This document shows positions 40,299 through 49,304 of a stretch of DNA of 58,644 nucleotides, in pieces. The notes beneath the pieces are model-generated. The model worked only from the letters and a program-made list of their open reading frames with translations. It was not told the origin of the DNA and made no database searches. The stretch comes from Bdellovibrionales bacterium (GTDB taxonomy: Bacteria; Bdellovibrionota; Bdellovibrionia; Bdellovibrionales; UBA1609), in the NCBI GenBank assembly GCA_013216195.1, contig JABSOQ010000005.1, forward strand, positions 1 through 58,644. The letters run 5' to 3'. Position 1 is the first letter of the stretch. Every line of letters begins with the position of its first letter. Both the position numbers and the translations under genes were made by a program.

Positions 40299-42389
40299 TC
40301 ATCTCTTAGCATCACCGCTTACTCCAGCTTTCAAGACCAGATAATCTCCGAAAAAGTTCACTGCAAAACCAATTACAAACAGCAGACCCAAGAGCTTCAG
40401 CGGAACCAATGAGTAAAAAAGAAATACACAACTGATCAGCACCAAGCAGATCGCTGTAAGAGCGCTGGCTTCTGCTTTACTTTCGATACCTTGTGCTAGT
40501 TCTAGGTAGGGTGTAACGAAATACTGAATGAAGTTGTCGCCGGTGATTCCTACAAGTGCTGCAAAAAACAGACATGTGACAATGTTTACGGGCACAGAGA
40601 ACAAGGCCAGAACAAGAACCATCACAAGTGGTCCAAAGAAAATCGAGTAGAGTATCAAAGCTATCTGACGAATTGGTCTCTTTCGACAGAGCCACAAAAT
40701 CACAAGGCCCACTAGACTCAAACTCAGCCAAAAAGTTGAAATTAATGACTTGGCAACGAACTGGCTTGACTCAGCATACACGGCTGCCGGCCCTGACAAA
40801 AGACATGAGCTGCATACTCTTTCAACCAGGTTGCGCAGATTCAAGATAACATCGGTCGAGTACTCTTTTAAGAACAGCACCCACTGCTCGTTACCTTTCA
40901 GAGTTTTGAGATGCTTGAGAGCTCCAGTCATTCTGAATTCTCGTTCAACAAAGGCTCTATCAGCAGCTGACAGTGAGTGAAAGTCTTGGCTCCAAACTCG
41001 GTCGTAATTCAAGATATCTGAGACCTCGGCTCGACTATTAAGTTGATTGAACAAATCTACACGTTCAGGCTCTTCTGCTGTTGCAGGAACAAACATTCGC
41101 ACTGTTGTTTTGGCCCTGGTTTTATTTAGCTGGCTGTTAATGCCCCGACTCAGCTCATGCTCCGCAGGAAAGTTCTGCAAGGGCTCATCCATATAGGTCA
41201 AAAACGGAAAGGCAAGGATTCCAAGAACACAAGGTGCAATCAATACCCTTCCAAATACTGGCGGCAATGAGACTCTCAAAATGAACCCAGTTATCCATTT
41301 CATAAATCTGGGCGGCTGCCGAACTGACAACAGGCCAGGTGCCAACACCAAAAGGTTGGGAAGCACCAAGAAGCACAGGCACCATTGAACGATGGCACCA
41401 ATGGCTGCTTGGGTACCAAAATCGCGAATCAAAGAAAAATCTGACACATTCAATGACAAAAAGCCAATGACCGTAGTCATGCTAGTAAGCCCTGATGGCC
41501 TGCTCAAAGACTCAAAGACTTGTATTGCGTGCGAGTTCTCTCTCAACCCCATACAGATAAATACAAAATCACTCAGTGACGAAATAATGAGAATCAAGAA
41601 CATACCGTTTACCAGAAAGCTCATAGGCAAACCTAGTGCTGCCGAAGCACCTAAAACCCAAACAAAAGATAAACCCAATAAGGAGGCAAAAACCAAGGAG
41701 GCCGACAAGCTTCCAAAATAAAGGCCTAGTAGAGTCAATAGCAGCAGCCCACCAACAATTGATGCCCAAGAGTCTTCTAGCACAGACAAAAAAAGGTGAT
41801 ACCGATAAGAGCTTGGCCCCAAAACCATGAACTCCAAGTCGGGCAGCTTTGACCTCAATTCAAGTTCAAGAGGTTTTAGGTGGGCTGACATGAGCAGAGC
41901 AGGGTTTGTGTTCTCAGGTACTGAGAAGTGAACAGTAGACTTGATGGCATTATCAGACTTCCAATCATCTAGCTCAGCTAACAGTGGTCGCACCTTGAGC
42001 CCATGAGGGGTTTTGTCACAAGGGTCTGGGTAAAGACTCAAGAATATCAACCTCTCCTGTTCAAAGAAAAAACCAGGGACCTTCCATGGGTGCATAATGT
42101 ACCTGACATAAGACGAAGAGTTTTGCATCTCCTGCAATGTCTTAGAGATCTCGCATTGCTGCTCGACAGATAGAGCAGATTCAGTTTGCACAATTAAGCT
42201 CACCGTTTCAGCACGACCAAACTGCATTTTGATTTCATCGAGGTCCTTAGCCGACTGAATACCAAGATCTCTATGGCTTGAAATGTCCATGTGAAGTTCG
42301 AGTGCCGGCAAAAAGCTAGATACCACCACCGTAAGTATCAAAAATGACGTGAGGGCGATCCATGGTTGGCTGAGCAGATTCTTGTACAT
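40299..42389 (-). CDS. MMPL/RND-superfamily exporter
   Basis: 696 aa with RND topology: TM1, a soluble loop of about 170 aa, a 5-helix bundle, TM7, a second soluble loop, then a second 5-helix bundle. Confidence 0.65.
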   Translation of the reverse strand: MYKNLLSQPWIALTSFLILTVVVSSFLPALELHMDISSHRDLGIQSAKDLDEIKMQFGRAETVSLIVQTESALSVEQQCEISKTLQEMQNSSSYVRYIMHPWKVPGFFFEQERLIFLSLYPDPCDKTPHGLKVRPLLAELDDWKSDNAIKSTVHFSVPENTNPALLMSAHLKPLELELRSKLPDLEFMVLGPSSYRYHLFLSVLEDSWASIVGGLLLLTLLGLYFGSLSASLVFASLLGLSFVWVLGASAALGLPMSFLVNGMFLILIISSLSDFVFICMGLRENSHAIQVFESLSRPSGLTSMTTVIGFLSLNVSDFSLIRDFGTQAAIGAIVQWCLCFLVLPNLLVLAPGLLSVRQPPRFMKWITGFILRVSLPPVFGRVLIAPCVLGILAFPFLTYMDEPLQNFPAEHELSRGINSQLNKTRAKTTVRMFVPATAEEPERVDLFNQLNSRAEVSDILNYDRVWSQDFHSLSAADRAFVEREFRMTGALKHLKTLKGNEQWVLFLKEYSTDVILNLRNLVERVCSSCLLSGPAAVYAESSQFVAKSLISTFWLSLSLVGLVILWLCRKRPIRQIALILYSIFFGPLVMVLVLALFSVPVNIVTCLFFAALVGITGDNFIQYFVTPYLELAQGIESKAEASALTAICLVLISCVFLFYSLVPLKLLGLLFVIGFAVNFFGDYLVLKAGVSGDAKR

Positions 42390-42616
42390 GCTTTAAAGGC
42401 TAACCACTTTCGATGGGTTAAGGAAGCTCATATTGAATGTAAGAGCTTAGGGACAACCCCGATCACAAAGACGTTCCACTGACCCAAAATACCATTGCGA
42501 CGCAAGAGGTTATCACGAGACAAGCCCCCTCTCTCAAAGGATAATTTTTTAACGAAATCGCCCATGGTGGCAGGCTTCAAGGTAGAAGCCCCAAAAAAGC
42601 AAATTGAGGTTCAAGG

Positions 42617-43669
42617 ATGAATTTTCACGACACTCTCGCAAATTTTGGTAATTCGGAGTTTGTACCAGACGGATGGTACTGGCTTGCCGATAGCCGTGAA
42701 CTCAAAAAGAAAACTGCAAAAGCTGCAGAGATCGCCGGTAAAAAACTTGTTATCTACCGGAGCGAAAGTGGTGCCGTATACGGTCTAGATGCTCACTGCC
42801 CACACATGGGTGCCCATTTGTGCGATGGCAAGGTCGAGGGAGAGGCCATTCGTTGCCCTTTTCATTTTTGGAAGTTCGACAACAACGGAGCTTGCACTGA
42901 CATCCCTGTAGGAGCTGACCACACTGCTATTGAGCGATTGAATTCTTATAAAATTCGAGAACACCTCGGACTCATTTGGGTGTGGACAGGTGACCCAACT
43001 GAAGAGGTCCCCCTACCGCTTCCTGAAGAGCTCGAAGATGGTTTGGTCAGCACTCGCCTCGGCACTCCGTTCGAGAAGGCCTGTCATCCTAACGTAGTCA
43101 TGGTCAACGCCATCGATGCGCATCACTTCACTTCAGTTCATCAATTGGTCGTTGAGCTCAACATGAAACCCGAGGAGCGAGATGCTTACTCTATAACCTT
43201 TGACAACACCACTCCTTGCCCTCCGGATCATTGGCTTTTTAGCCCACTTCGCAGGTTCTACAAAAAAGCACTGACCTACAACCTCAAATACTGGTGGGGG
43301 CACACTGGTGCTGTGACTTTGGGCCCTGACTTTCTACACTTTCATATCATCTTCGCCCTCAGACCTGGGATGAATGGCTCAACTCAAGGTCAAACTATCT
43401 TGTTAACCAAAAACAGAAAAGGCATGCTTGGCAAAGCCATCAATGCTTGTCTCCTTGAAATCACTCGCTGGGTAGGTAACTACTTTGCAAAGGGTGATAC
43501 GGTCATCTTTCAGAATATCGACTTCGCTTTTAAAAACCCAATCAAGGCAGACAAACCCATTGTGCACTTTGTCCGTCACTATGAAAAAATGCGATCAAGT
43601 TTTTTCAAACAGAAATCTATGCCCAGCGAGGAGATCAAATGGAGTCGACAGCCCGAAATTCAGGCCTAG
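42617..43669 (+). CDS. Rieske [2Fe-2S] non-haem iron oxygenase, paralog 3
   Basis: CPHMGAHLCDGKVEGEAIRCPFHFWKF and NAIDAHHFTSVH. Confidence 0.85.
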   Translation: MNFHDTLANFGNSEFVPDGWYWLADSRELKKKTAKAAEIAGKKLVIYRSESGAVYGLDAHCPHMGAHLCDGKVEGEAIRCPFHFWKFDNNGACTDIPVGADHTAIERLNSYKIREHLGLIWVWTGDPTEEVPLPLPEELEDGLVSTRLGTPFEKACHPNVVMVNAIDAHHFTSVHQLVVELNMKPEERDAYSITFDNTTPCPPDHWLFSPLRRFYKKALTYNLKYWWGHTGAVTLGPDFLHFHIIFALRPGMNGSTQGQTILLTKNRKGMLGKAINACLLEITRWVGNYFAKGDTVIFQNIDFAFKNPIKADKPIVHFVRHYEKMRSSFFKQKSMPSEEIKWSRQPEIQA

Positions 43670-44007
43670 ATGACTGGAGCATTTTTGTTCTGAGACATAC
43701 AAATTTGTGGAACGTCAGAATTCATTTGTTTTCGGCACTTTGCTTTTGGCTCAGCCCTGTGCTGGCCTATTTTGTGAGCCCCTGGTTTCTGCTTGGTTTT
43801 TTCGCCTCTGGGCTTATCGGTGCCTTTGGCCATTACGTCACTAAAGACAGTGGAGTCAACTTTGTAGAAACGACGCACGATCCTCAGGTCGTTCGATTTT
43901 CAACAAAGATGGCATGGATGTTTCTTAAAGGGCAATACAACGACGAAATCGAAAGGGTGAAAGAGCTGTGGAGACAACAGTCGAGAGAAAAAGTCAGTTC
44001 AAACTAG
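43639..44007 (+). CDS. Mpo1/DUF962-like small membrane protein
   Basis: RHTNLWNVRIH aligns in register with the yeast Mpo1 motif HHNPKNVLIH (H-x-N-x-x-N-V-x-I-H). There is a later FGHYV (GH motif), and hydrophobic helices lie between them. The start is uncertain; as drawn it overlaps the upstream gene by 31 nt. Confidence 0.5.
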   Translation: MESTARNSGLDDWSIFVLRHTNLWNVRIHLFSALCFWLSPVLAYFVSPWFLLGFFASGLIGAFGHYVTKDSGVNFVETTHDPQVVRFSTKMAWMFLKGQYNDEIERVKELWRQQSREKVSSN

Positions 44008-45167
44008 ATAGACCTGCTCAAAAAGCTCCGTCTTGGAAACGACGGGTCGAATTTGCGCTTAAAAAAAGCAAAGAGCTCGACCAAACCGCGAATATCGATT
44101 TAGCCAGTGAGCAGTTTCGGTATGAAGACTGTGCCAATCAGTACTGGAACCCCGAACAGTACTCATTTATGTGGGGCACTCAACTCTGGCAAGAGGCAAC
44201 AGCTTCAGAAAAAAGAATTCTCAACCAAATCTATTGGGTTGCATACTACTCACAGATCATATCGGCTGAGATCGCTACGATTTATTTTAATCAAGCTAGC
44301 GCAGCTTCACTTTTCTCAGTGCCCGACTTTCGAAGCGTTTGTGACACACTTGACCTCGAAAGCAGTCAAGAACGAGCTCACATCTCAGCATTTACCAAAG
44401 TTGGTCGCCAGACAGAAAAAGTCTTGTTTGGTGGTCCAATCTTTTGCTACCCACTTCGAACTCCTTTTGAAAAGACAATGGTCCACTCAGATCTTGGCTC
44501 AATTCGGCAATGGATTCGAAAGTGGCAACTGAAGGTCTACCCCGTATTGTCGTCGGACTCACCTTACATCGGAGCTCAGTACTTTACGATCAGAGCACTA
44601 AGAACTCTCAACGGTAAAATCGTACAAGACCGGTTGTCTCGTATGTCTCGAGAGACTGAAACCTCGGCAGCTCCCTCTAAGATTTCAGAGTACCACTTCC
44701 TCGATGAGAGCTTTCATTTCAATACCTCGATGCTTTTGTCAAAAGACATAATGCAAAGCATTCCTAAACCGACTCGATTCGAAAAGTTGATCAGCAATAT
44801 TGCGATAAGTGGTTGCCAAAAAGACCACTACCACTATTCGACTGCACTTAATGGAATTTTTTGGTACGACCCAGCCTTATTTAACAAGGTTTACCAGGTT
44901 CTGACTTCAAGAGTCTTAAACCTTTCAAGGGCTGATGCTCTACAAATGATGGAAAAGTGCTTTTGTGAAGATTCAGAAGGCATGCAAAAAGCTAGAGAGA
45001 CACACACAATCGCAATCGAAAGCTACCAGAATTACCTAAGCGACGTCGAACACTTGTGGGCCTCAAACTATAATTTACAGCTCATGAAGAAAAACTCGAT
45101 CGAAAAAACTCTGAAGAGAAACAAGCTTCAATTCAAAAAATTCAAGCAAAGGGTGATACATGCCTGA
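43968..45167 (+). CDS. Di-iron carboxylate oxygenase candidate (AurF-like family)
   Basis: Candidate ligand series IISAEIAT, SQERAH, SEYH and LDESFH (E...ExxH...E...ExxH spacing). 399 aa. Confidence 0.45.
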   Translation: METTVERKSQFKLDRPAQKAPSWKRRVEFALKKSKELDQTANIDLASEQFRYEDCANQYWNPEQYSFMWGTQLWQEATASEKRILNQIYWVAYYSQIISAEIATIYFNQASAASLFSVPDFRSVCDTLDLESSQERAHISAFTKVGRQTEKVLFGGPIFCYPLRTPFEKTMVHSDLGSIRQWIRKWQLKVYPVLSSDSPYIGAQYFTIRALRTLNGKIVQDRLSRMSRETETSAAPSKISEYHFLDESFHFNTSMLLSKDIMQSIPKPTRFEKLISNIAISGCQKDHYHYSTALNGIFWYDPALFNKVYQVLTSRVLNLSRADALQMMEKCFCEDSEGMQKARETHTIAIESYQNYLSDVEHLWASNYNLQLMKKNSIEKTLKRNKLQFKKFKQRVIHA

Positions 45168-45468
45168 TTCTATAGCGATTAAGTTCGTTAACCAGTCCTC
45201 ATCAGGGTTTGACTCGCTAGATATTGAAAAGGGATCAGCATTGGTCGATAAACTCGATGCCACCAACTCGCCTATATTATTTGGTTGCCGTACTGGCATA
45301 TGTGGCACTTGTGCCATTCGAGTGCACAATCCTGAAAACTGTCGTCCGCAAACTCAAGTAGAGAGAGACTTTTTTGAATCCGTTGGTCTCGAGCAAGAAA
45401 CCGACCTGAGGCTAAGTTGTCAGCTTTCCGCTGAACACGACTTAAGCGTAGAGAAAGTGAGAGTTTGA
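45160..45468 (+). CDS. Plant-type [2Fe-2S] ferredoxin
   Basis: GCRTGICGTCAIRV ... LSCQL gives the CxxxxCxxC...C pattern. 102 aa. Overlaps both neighbours, by 8 nt and 4 nt. Confidence 0.8.
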   Translation: MPDSIAIKFVNQSSSGFDSLDIEKGSALVDKLDATNSPILFGCRTGICGTCAIRVHNPENCRPQTQVERDFFESVGLEQETDLRLSCQLSAEHDLSVEKVRV

Positions 45469-46487
45469 TGAGCCTCGACAAAAACCTCGATCTATTTTGG
45501 TGGGTGGCCGCTGAAAGTCATGAGCTCCAAAATAAACCTTTAGCAAGAAAAATCTTAGACAAAGACATTGTCTTGTTTCGAGGTGAGGACGGTCACCCGG
45601 TAGCCCTCAAAGATCAATGCATTCATCGGGGGGCGGCACTATCCTCCGGCACTATCCAAAAAGGTCAACTCACCTGCCCTTACCATGGCTGGAGATACAA
45701 TCAGTCAGGAGATGTGACCTGGATCCCTTCTGAAGGACGGGCACCAAAAGGCCGACGATGCCAACGGGAGTATCAAGCTATAGAGCAAGATGGATTTGTC
45801 TACGTTCGGTTTTCACAGAAAAAGACAAACGCTCAACCCTTTCCAATGCCCCACTACAAAGACAAAGGTTACAGCTCCATTCGGCTACAAAACTTGTTCG
45901 AAGCCGAATTGTTGAATTGCGTAGAAAACTTTATCGACATACCCCACACGACATTTGTGCATCCCAATATCTTTCGAAACGAGTCTGGCTGTGAGACTAA
46001 AACAAAAATAACAAAGAGAACAGGCCATGTTCACATTGAATACTTCAATGAGAATTCTGATTTCGGATGGTTCTCCTGGTTTCTAAACCCTAAGAAAATT
46101 CCAGTGGTGCACACTGACGAGTACTTTGGCCCAAATATCACAACTGTTAACTACTACGTCGAAAAAGGCCACTTCATAATCACTTCACAAAGTGTACCTA
46201 TCGACGAGGACCATACACTCGTTTACACCGACCTTACCTACAACTACGGTATTTGGAATTACTTTTGTCGTCCAATTGTTAGATCTCAAAGCCAAAAGGT
46301 GATTGACCAAGATGTTATCATTCTAAAAAACCAACATCAGACTCTCAAAAGAAACCCTATGCGCTTTCAGAACTCAGATTGTGATCTGATACACCTCGCT
46401 GTTGATCAAACCTACCACGAGCTTGTTGACCCAAAAAATGCACCAACAAATGAAGAGAAAGTGACGGAATGCAGTTTTTGGATCTAG
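45465..46487 (+). CDS. Rieske [2Fe-2S] non-haem iron oxygenase, canonical-type (paralog 4)
   Basis: CIHRGAALSSGTIQKGQLTCPYHGWRY and NFIDIPHTTFVH. Confidence 0.85.
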   Translation: MMSLDKNLDLFWWVAAESHELQNKPLARKILDKDIVLFRGEDGHPVALKDQCIHRGAALSSGTIQKGQLTCPYHGWRYNQSGDVTWIPSEGRAPKGRRCQREYQAIEQDGFVYVRFSQKKTNAQPFPMPHYKDKGYSSIRLQNLFEAELLNCVENFIDIPHTTFVHPNIFRNESGCETKTKITKRTGHVHIEYFNENSDFGWFSWFLNPKKIPVVHTDEYFGPNITTVNYYVEKGHFIITSQSVPIDEDHTLVYTDLTYNYGIWNYFCRPIVRSQSQKVIDQDVIILKNQHQTLKRNPMRFQNSDCDLIHLAVDQTYHELVDPKNAPTNEEKVTECSFWI

Positions 46488-47266
46488 CAAGCGCTCCAGA
46501 TGTCGCCATCACCTTTTTAGGGTTCTGGTCTCTGATGATTCTGAGCGCGTCTAAGATCAAGATGGCCTCGAGCCTTCGAAATCGATGGGATTGGATCATC
46601 GACAGCTTTGGCCTTCTGGCTCAAGGCCTGCTCGTGCCACTGTTTGCCTCTATGGCGCTACAACCTGTTATCAAAATGCTAGCACCCAACACGATTGGTG
46701 CCCTGAATTGGGGTTCTTGGGCTTGTTTTTTTCTACCCCTAACCCTAGTTGATTACCTCTACTACTGGAACCATCGCATTCTTCACAGGCCAAAGCTTTG
46801 GCCAATTCACAGGCTGCACCACTCAGCAAGAAGTATGGACATTCTGATCACTTCGCGCAACTCACTCTTCACACCCTTGTTCATTGTGTACATTTGGGTA
46901 CACCCTGTTTTCTTGGTTGCCCTCGAAAACTGGCATGCCTATCTACTGGGAGTAGCTGCCTCATCTGTTCTTGATCTTTGGCGCCACTCAGCTCTTTCAA
47001 CACCTGATTTTCTTAAAAATCTCAATTGGCTGATTGTATTACCTGAAGACCACAGCTTTCATCACAGTAGTGAAAGCGAGGGCTTCAACTATGGTGCAAA
47101 TCTGAGCCTATGGGACCGCATCCACAGCACCTACAAGCCTCGGCAATTTCATCCAAAAGAAATCGGAGAACAGTTGCAAAGCGAAGAGCTAAAACACCTG
47201 TTCTTCTCTCCTTGGAAACCACGACCACCTATGCCTTCAACACCTAGAGCTACGGAGCCATCATGA
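46469..47266 (+). CDS. Fatty acid hydroxylase / sterol desaturase superfamily membrane di-iron enzyme
   Basis: Histidine boxes WNHRILH, HRLHH and HSFHH within a polytopic protein. Confidence 0.75.
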   Translation: MQFLDLASAPDVAITFLGFWSLMILSASKIKMASSLRNRWDWIIDSFGLLAQGLLVPLFASMALQPVIKMLAPNTIGALNWGSWACFFLPLTLVDYLYYWNHRILHRPKLWPIHRLHHSARSMDILITSRNSLFTPLFIVYIWVHPVFLVALENWHAYLLGVAASSVLDLWRHSALSTPDFLKNLNWLIVLPEDHSFHHSSESEGFNYGANLSLWDRIHSTYKPRQFHPKEIGEQLQSEELKHLFFSPWKPRPPMPSTPRATEPS

Positions 47267-47874
47267 CATTAGCTGGTAGGCTTATCTCTTTGTTTCCAGC
47301 GTTGTACCTTGTAATTGAGTTAGCTCTTTTAGCCTTTGGAATTCACTATGAAAGGCCCGTACTACTTGTAGCAGGGCTCTTACACCTTTACCTCACTCCC
47401 CTAGCCCTATTTAAGATCCATGAGATTTTGTTTCCACTAAGTGATGGAGACTATGATCTCTCAGCCAAAAGCTACAACCCTTGGTGGACCTCCTACATGT
47501 TGCAATATCCCTTTATTGCCCTACCAGGGCTCGAGGCCTTACTAAGATTTGTGCCTGGCCTTTTCACTCTTTGGATTCGAGCCTGGGGTGGGAAGATCGG
47601 CAAAAATGTACTGTGGACGCCTCGGGTAGAGATTGTTGACCGTTCGATGATCGAAATAGGAGATCATGTGGTGATCGGTCATATGTCTATATTTTGTAGC
47701 CACGCGATCACTTCAATCAACGGCAAGCCCATCCTTAGACTAAAAACAATTCGAGTGGGAGAGAGAAGCCTGATCGGGGGAGACAGCCAACTGGGGCCAG
47801 GGTCATTAGTAGAGGCCGGAACAATGTTGCCCGCTAAGACTCGATTGTACTGGAACGGAGTGCTGCCGACATGA
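47263..47874 (+). CDS. Membrane-anchored left-handed beta-helix (hexapeptide) acyltransferase-like protein
   Basis: Hydrophobic N-terminal half. The C-terminal half has hexapeptide-like IEIGDHVVIGHMSIF ... VGERSLIGGDSQLGPGSLVEAG. Confidence 0.5.
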   Translation: MTLAGRLISLFPALYLVIELALLAFGIHYERPVLLVAGLLHLYLTPLALFKIHEILFPLSDGDYDLSAKSYNPWWTSYMLQYPFIALPGLEALLRFVPGLFTLWIRAWGGKIGKNVLWTPRVEIVDRSMIEIGDHVVIGHMSIFCSHAITSINGKPILRLKTIRVGERSLIGGDSQLGPGSLVEAGTMLPAKTRLYWNGVLPT

Positions 47875-49304
47875 GCTTGCTGTTTCAAGCTGCAAAGTGG
47901 TCTATGCGAGCCGCCTCTAGAAGCCGATACAACAGGTTTTTAGAAAGCCTGAACGAGCCCAAGCAAGCCCAACAAGAAACTCTTAAAAGTATTCTAGCTC
48001 TCACGAAACAGCAAAAACTACCTAGCTCTCTGACCGTTTATTCAGACTACCCTTCGGGCACCTCATGGAACCTTGAAACAGTTCAACACTTCGAGCCAAC
48101 ATCTGGCTCAAGTGGCAAGGGTAAAAAGTGGATCCCCTACACTCAGTCTTTGCTGAATTCGTTTCAGTCGATGTTCAAAATTTGGAGCTACGATGTCTTA
48201 AGTTCTGGCATAGAGCTAAAATCAGGCAAGACCTTTATTTCGATCTCACCTCCTCAAAAGAATCAATCGAATGACGACACTGAGTATCTGGGCTCTACAC
48301 TCCGCTACATCACGGGTAGGTTCTTAGTTGCACAAGACTTAGTAGGTACGGACTCACACGACTTCTTCAACCAAGTTGCAAGACAGCTCGCCCAAGCTGA
48401 AGACCTTGAGATCATTTCAGTCTGGAGCCCATCTTACCTGAGCTCTCTCATGAAAACTATCGCATCTGAATGCGATGCCTACTCAATGACAAGAGTTCGA
48501 AGACAACTTGCTCGGTCTCGGAACTGGTCAGCACTCTGGCCATCTCTGAAGTTCGTCTCAGCTTGGGGGTCAGCAAATTCAAAAACACCATTTGAACAAA
48601 TAGCAGCTCTATTCCCACAAGTTCATTTTCAAAAAAAAGGGCTGTTAAGCACAGAAGCACCCGTTACGGTTCCTCTCTTTCAATCAGACACTGGAGCTCT
48701 CCCTCTCTGGTTAGATGTCTACCTAGAAGTTCTAGATCAACACGGAGACATCAGGCCCCTATACAGCATAAAGGAAGGCGAAAAGGCTGAGGTCCTTATC
48801 ACGAGCTTTGGTGGACTCAAAAGATACCAACTGGGTGATCAGGTCGTTTGCACAACAAGACTTGGCAATTCGCCAGTGGTTGAGTTTATTGGGAGAAAAG
48901 CTGAAATCTCCGACCTGGTTGGAGAAAAGATTGAAAGCACTTGGCTCACCGAAGAACTCTCACATCTTCATGGAGACTGGCTGGTGCTGCCAATTCAAAG
49001 CCGTAACCAGAACCCCTCTTACTATCAGCTACTTCACTCTGAAAAATCGGGCACAGACTTTGAGTCTGCATTGAAAGGTAGCTATCACTATCAACTTGCT
49101 AGGGATCAAAATCAACTCTCATCTGCAAAGCAGTTGAGAGTTCCTAATCTGATAGAACTTAAGCAAAGCTTTTTTGAAAGACATGGAATCAGCAGGGGTG
49201 ATATCAAAGACTCGCGTCTGCTGACGGACCCTGTTTTGGCAAATGAATTTGTTCAGTACCTAGACTTACCAAATTTGCCATTTCAGACTCAGCTAAAACC
49301 TTAA
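47871..49304 (+). CDS. GH3-family adenylate-forming (acyl acid amido synthetase-like) enzyme
   Basis: FEPTSGSSGKGKKWIPYT resembles the GH3 P-loop-like (S/T)SGTT..K.IP. The N-terminal RFLESLNEPKQAQQETLKSIL fits the family N-terminus. 477 aa. Confidence 0.55.
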   Translation: MSLLFQAAKWSMRAASRSRYNRFLESLNEPKQAQQETLKSILALTKQQKLPSSLTVYSDYPSGTSWNLETVQHFEPTSGSSGKGKKWIPYTQSLLNSFQSMFKIWSYDVLSSGIELKSGKTFISISPPQKNQSNDDTEYLGSTLRYITGRFLVAQDLVGTDSHDFFNQVARQLAQAEDLEIISVWSPSYLSSLMKTIASECDAYSMTRVRRQLARSRNWSALWPSLKFVSAWGSANSKTPFEQIAALFPQVHFQKKGLLSTEAPVTVPLFQSDTGALPLWLDVYLEVLDQHGDIRPLYSIKEGEKAEVLITSFGGLKRYQLGDQVVCTTRLGNSPVVEFIGRKAEISDLVGEKIESTWLTEELSHLHGDWLVLPIQSRNQNPSYYQLLHSEKSGTDFESALKGSYHYQLARDQNQLSSAKQLRVPNLIELKQSFFERHGISRGDIKDSRLLTDPVLANEFVQYLDLPNLPFQTQLKP

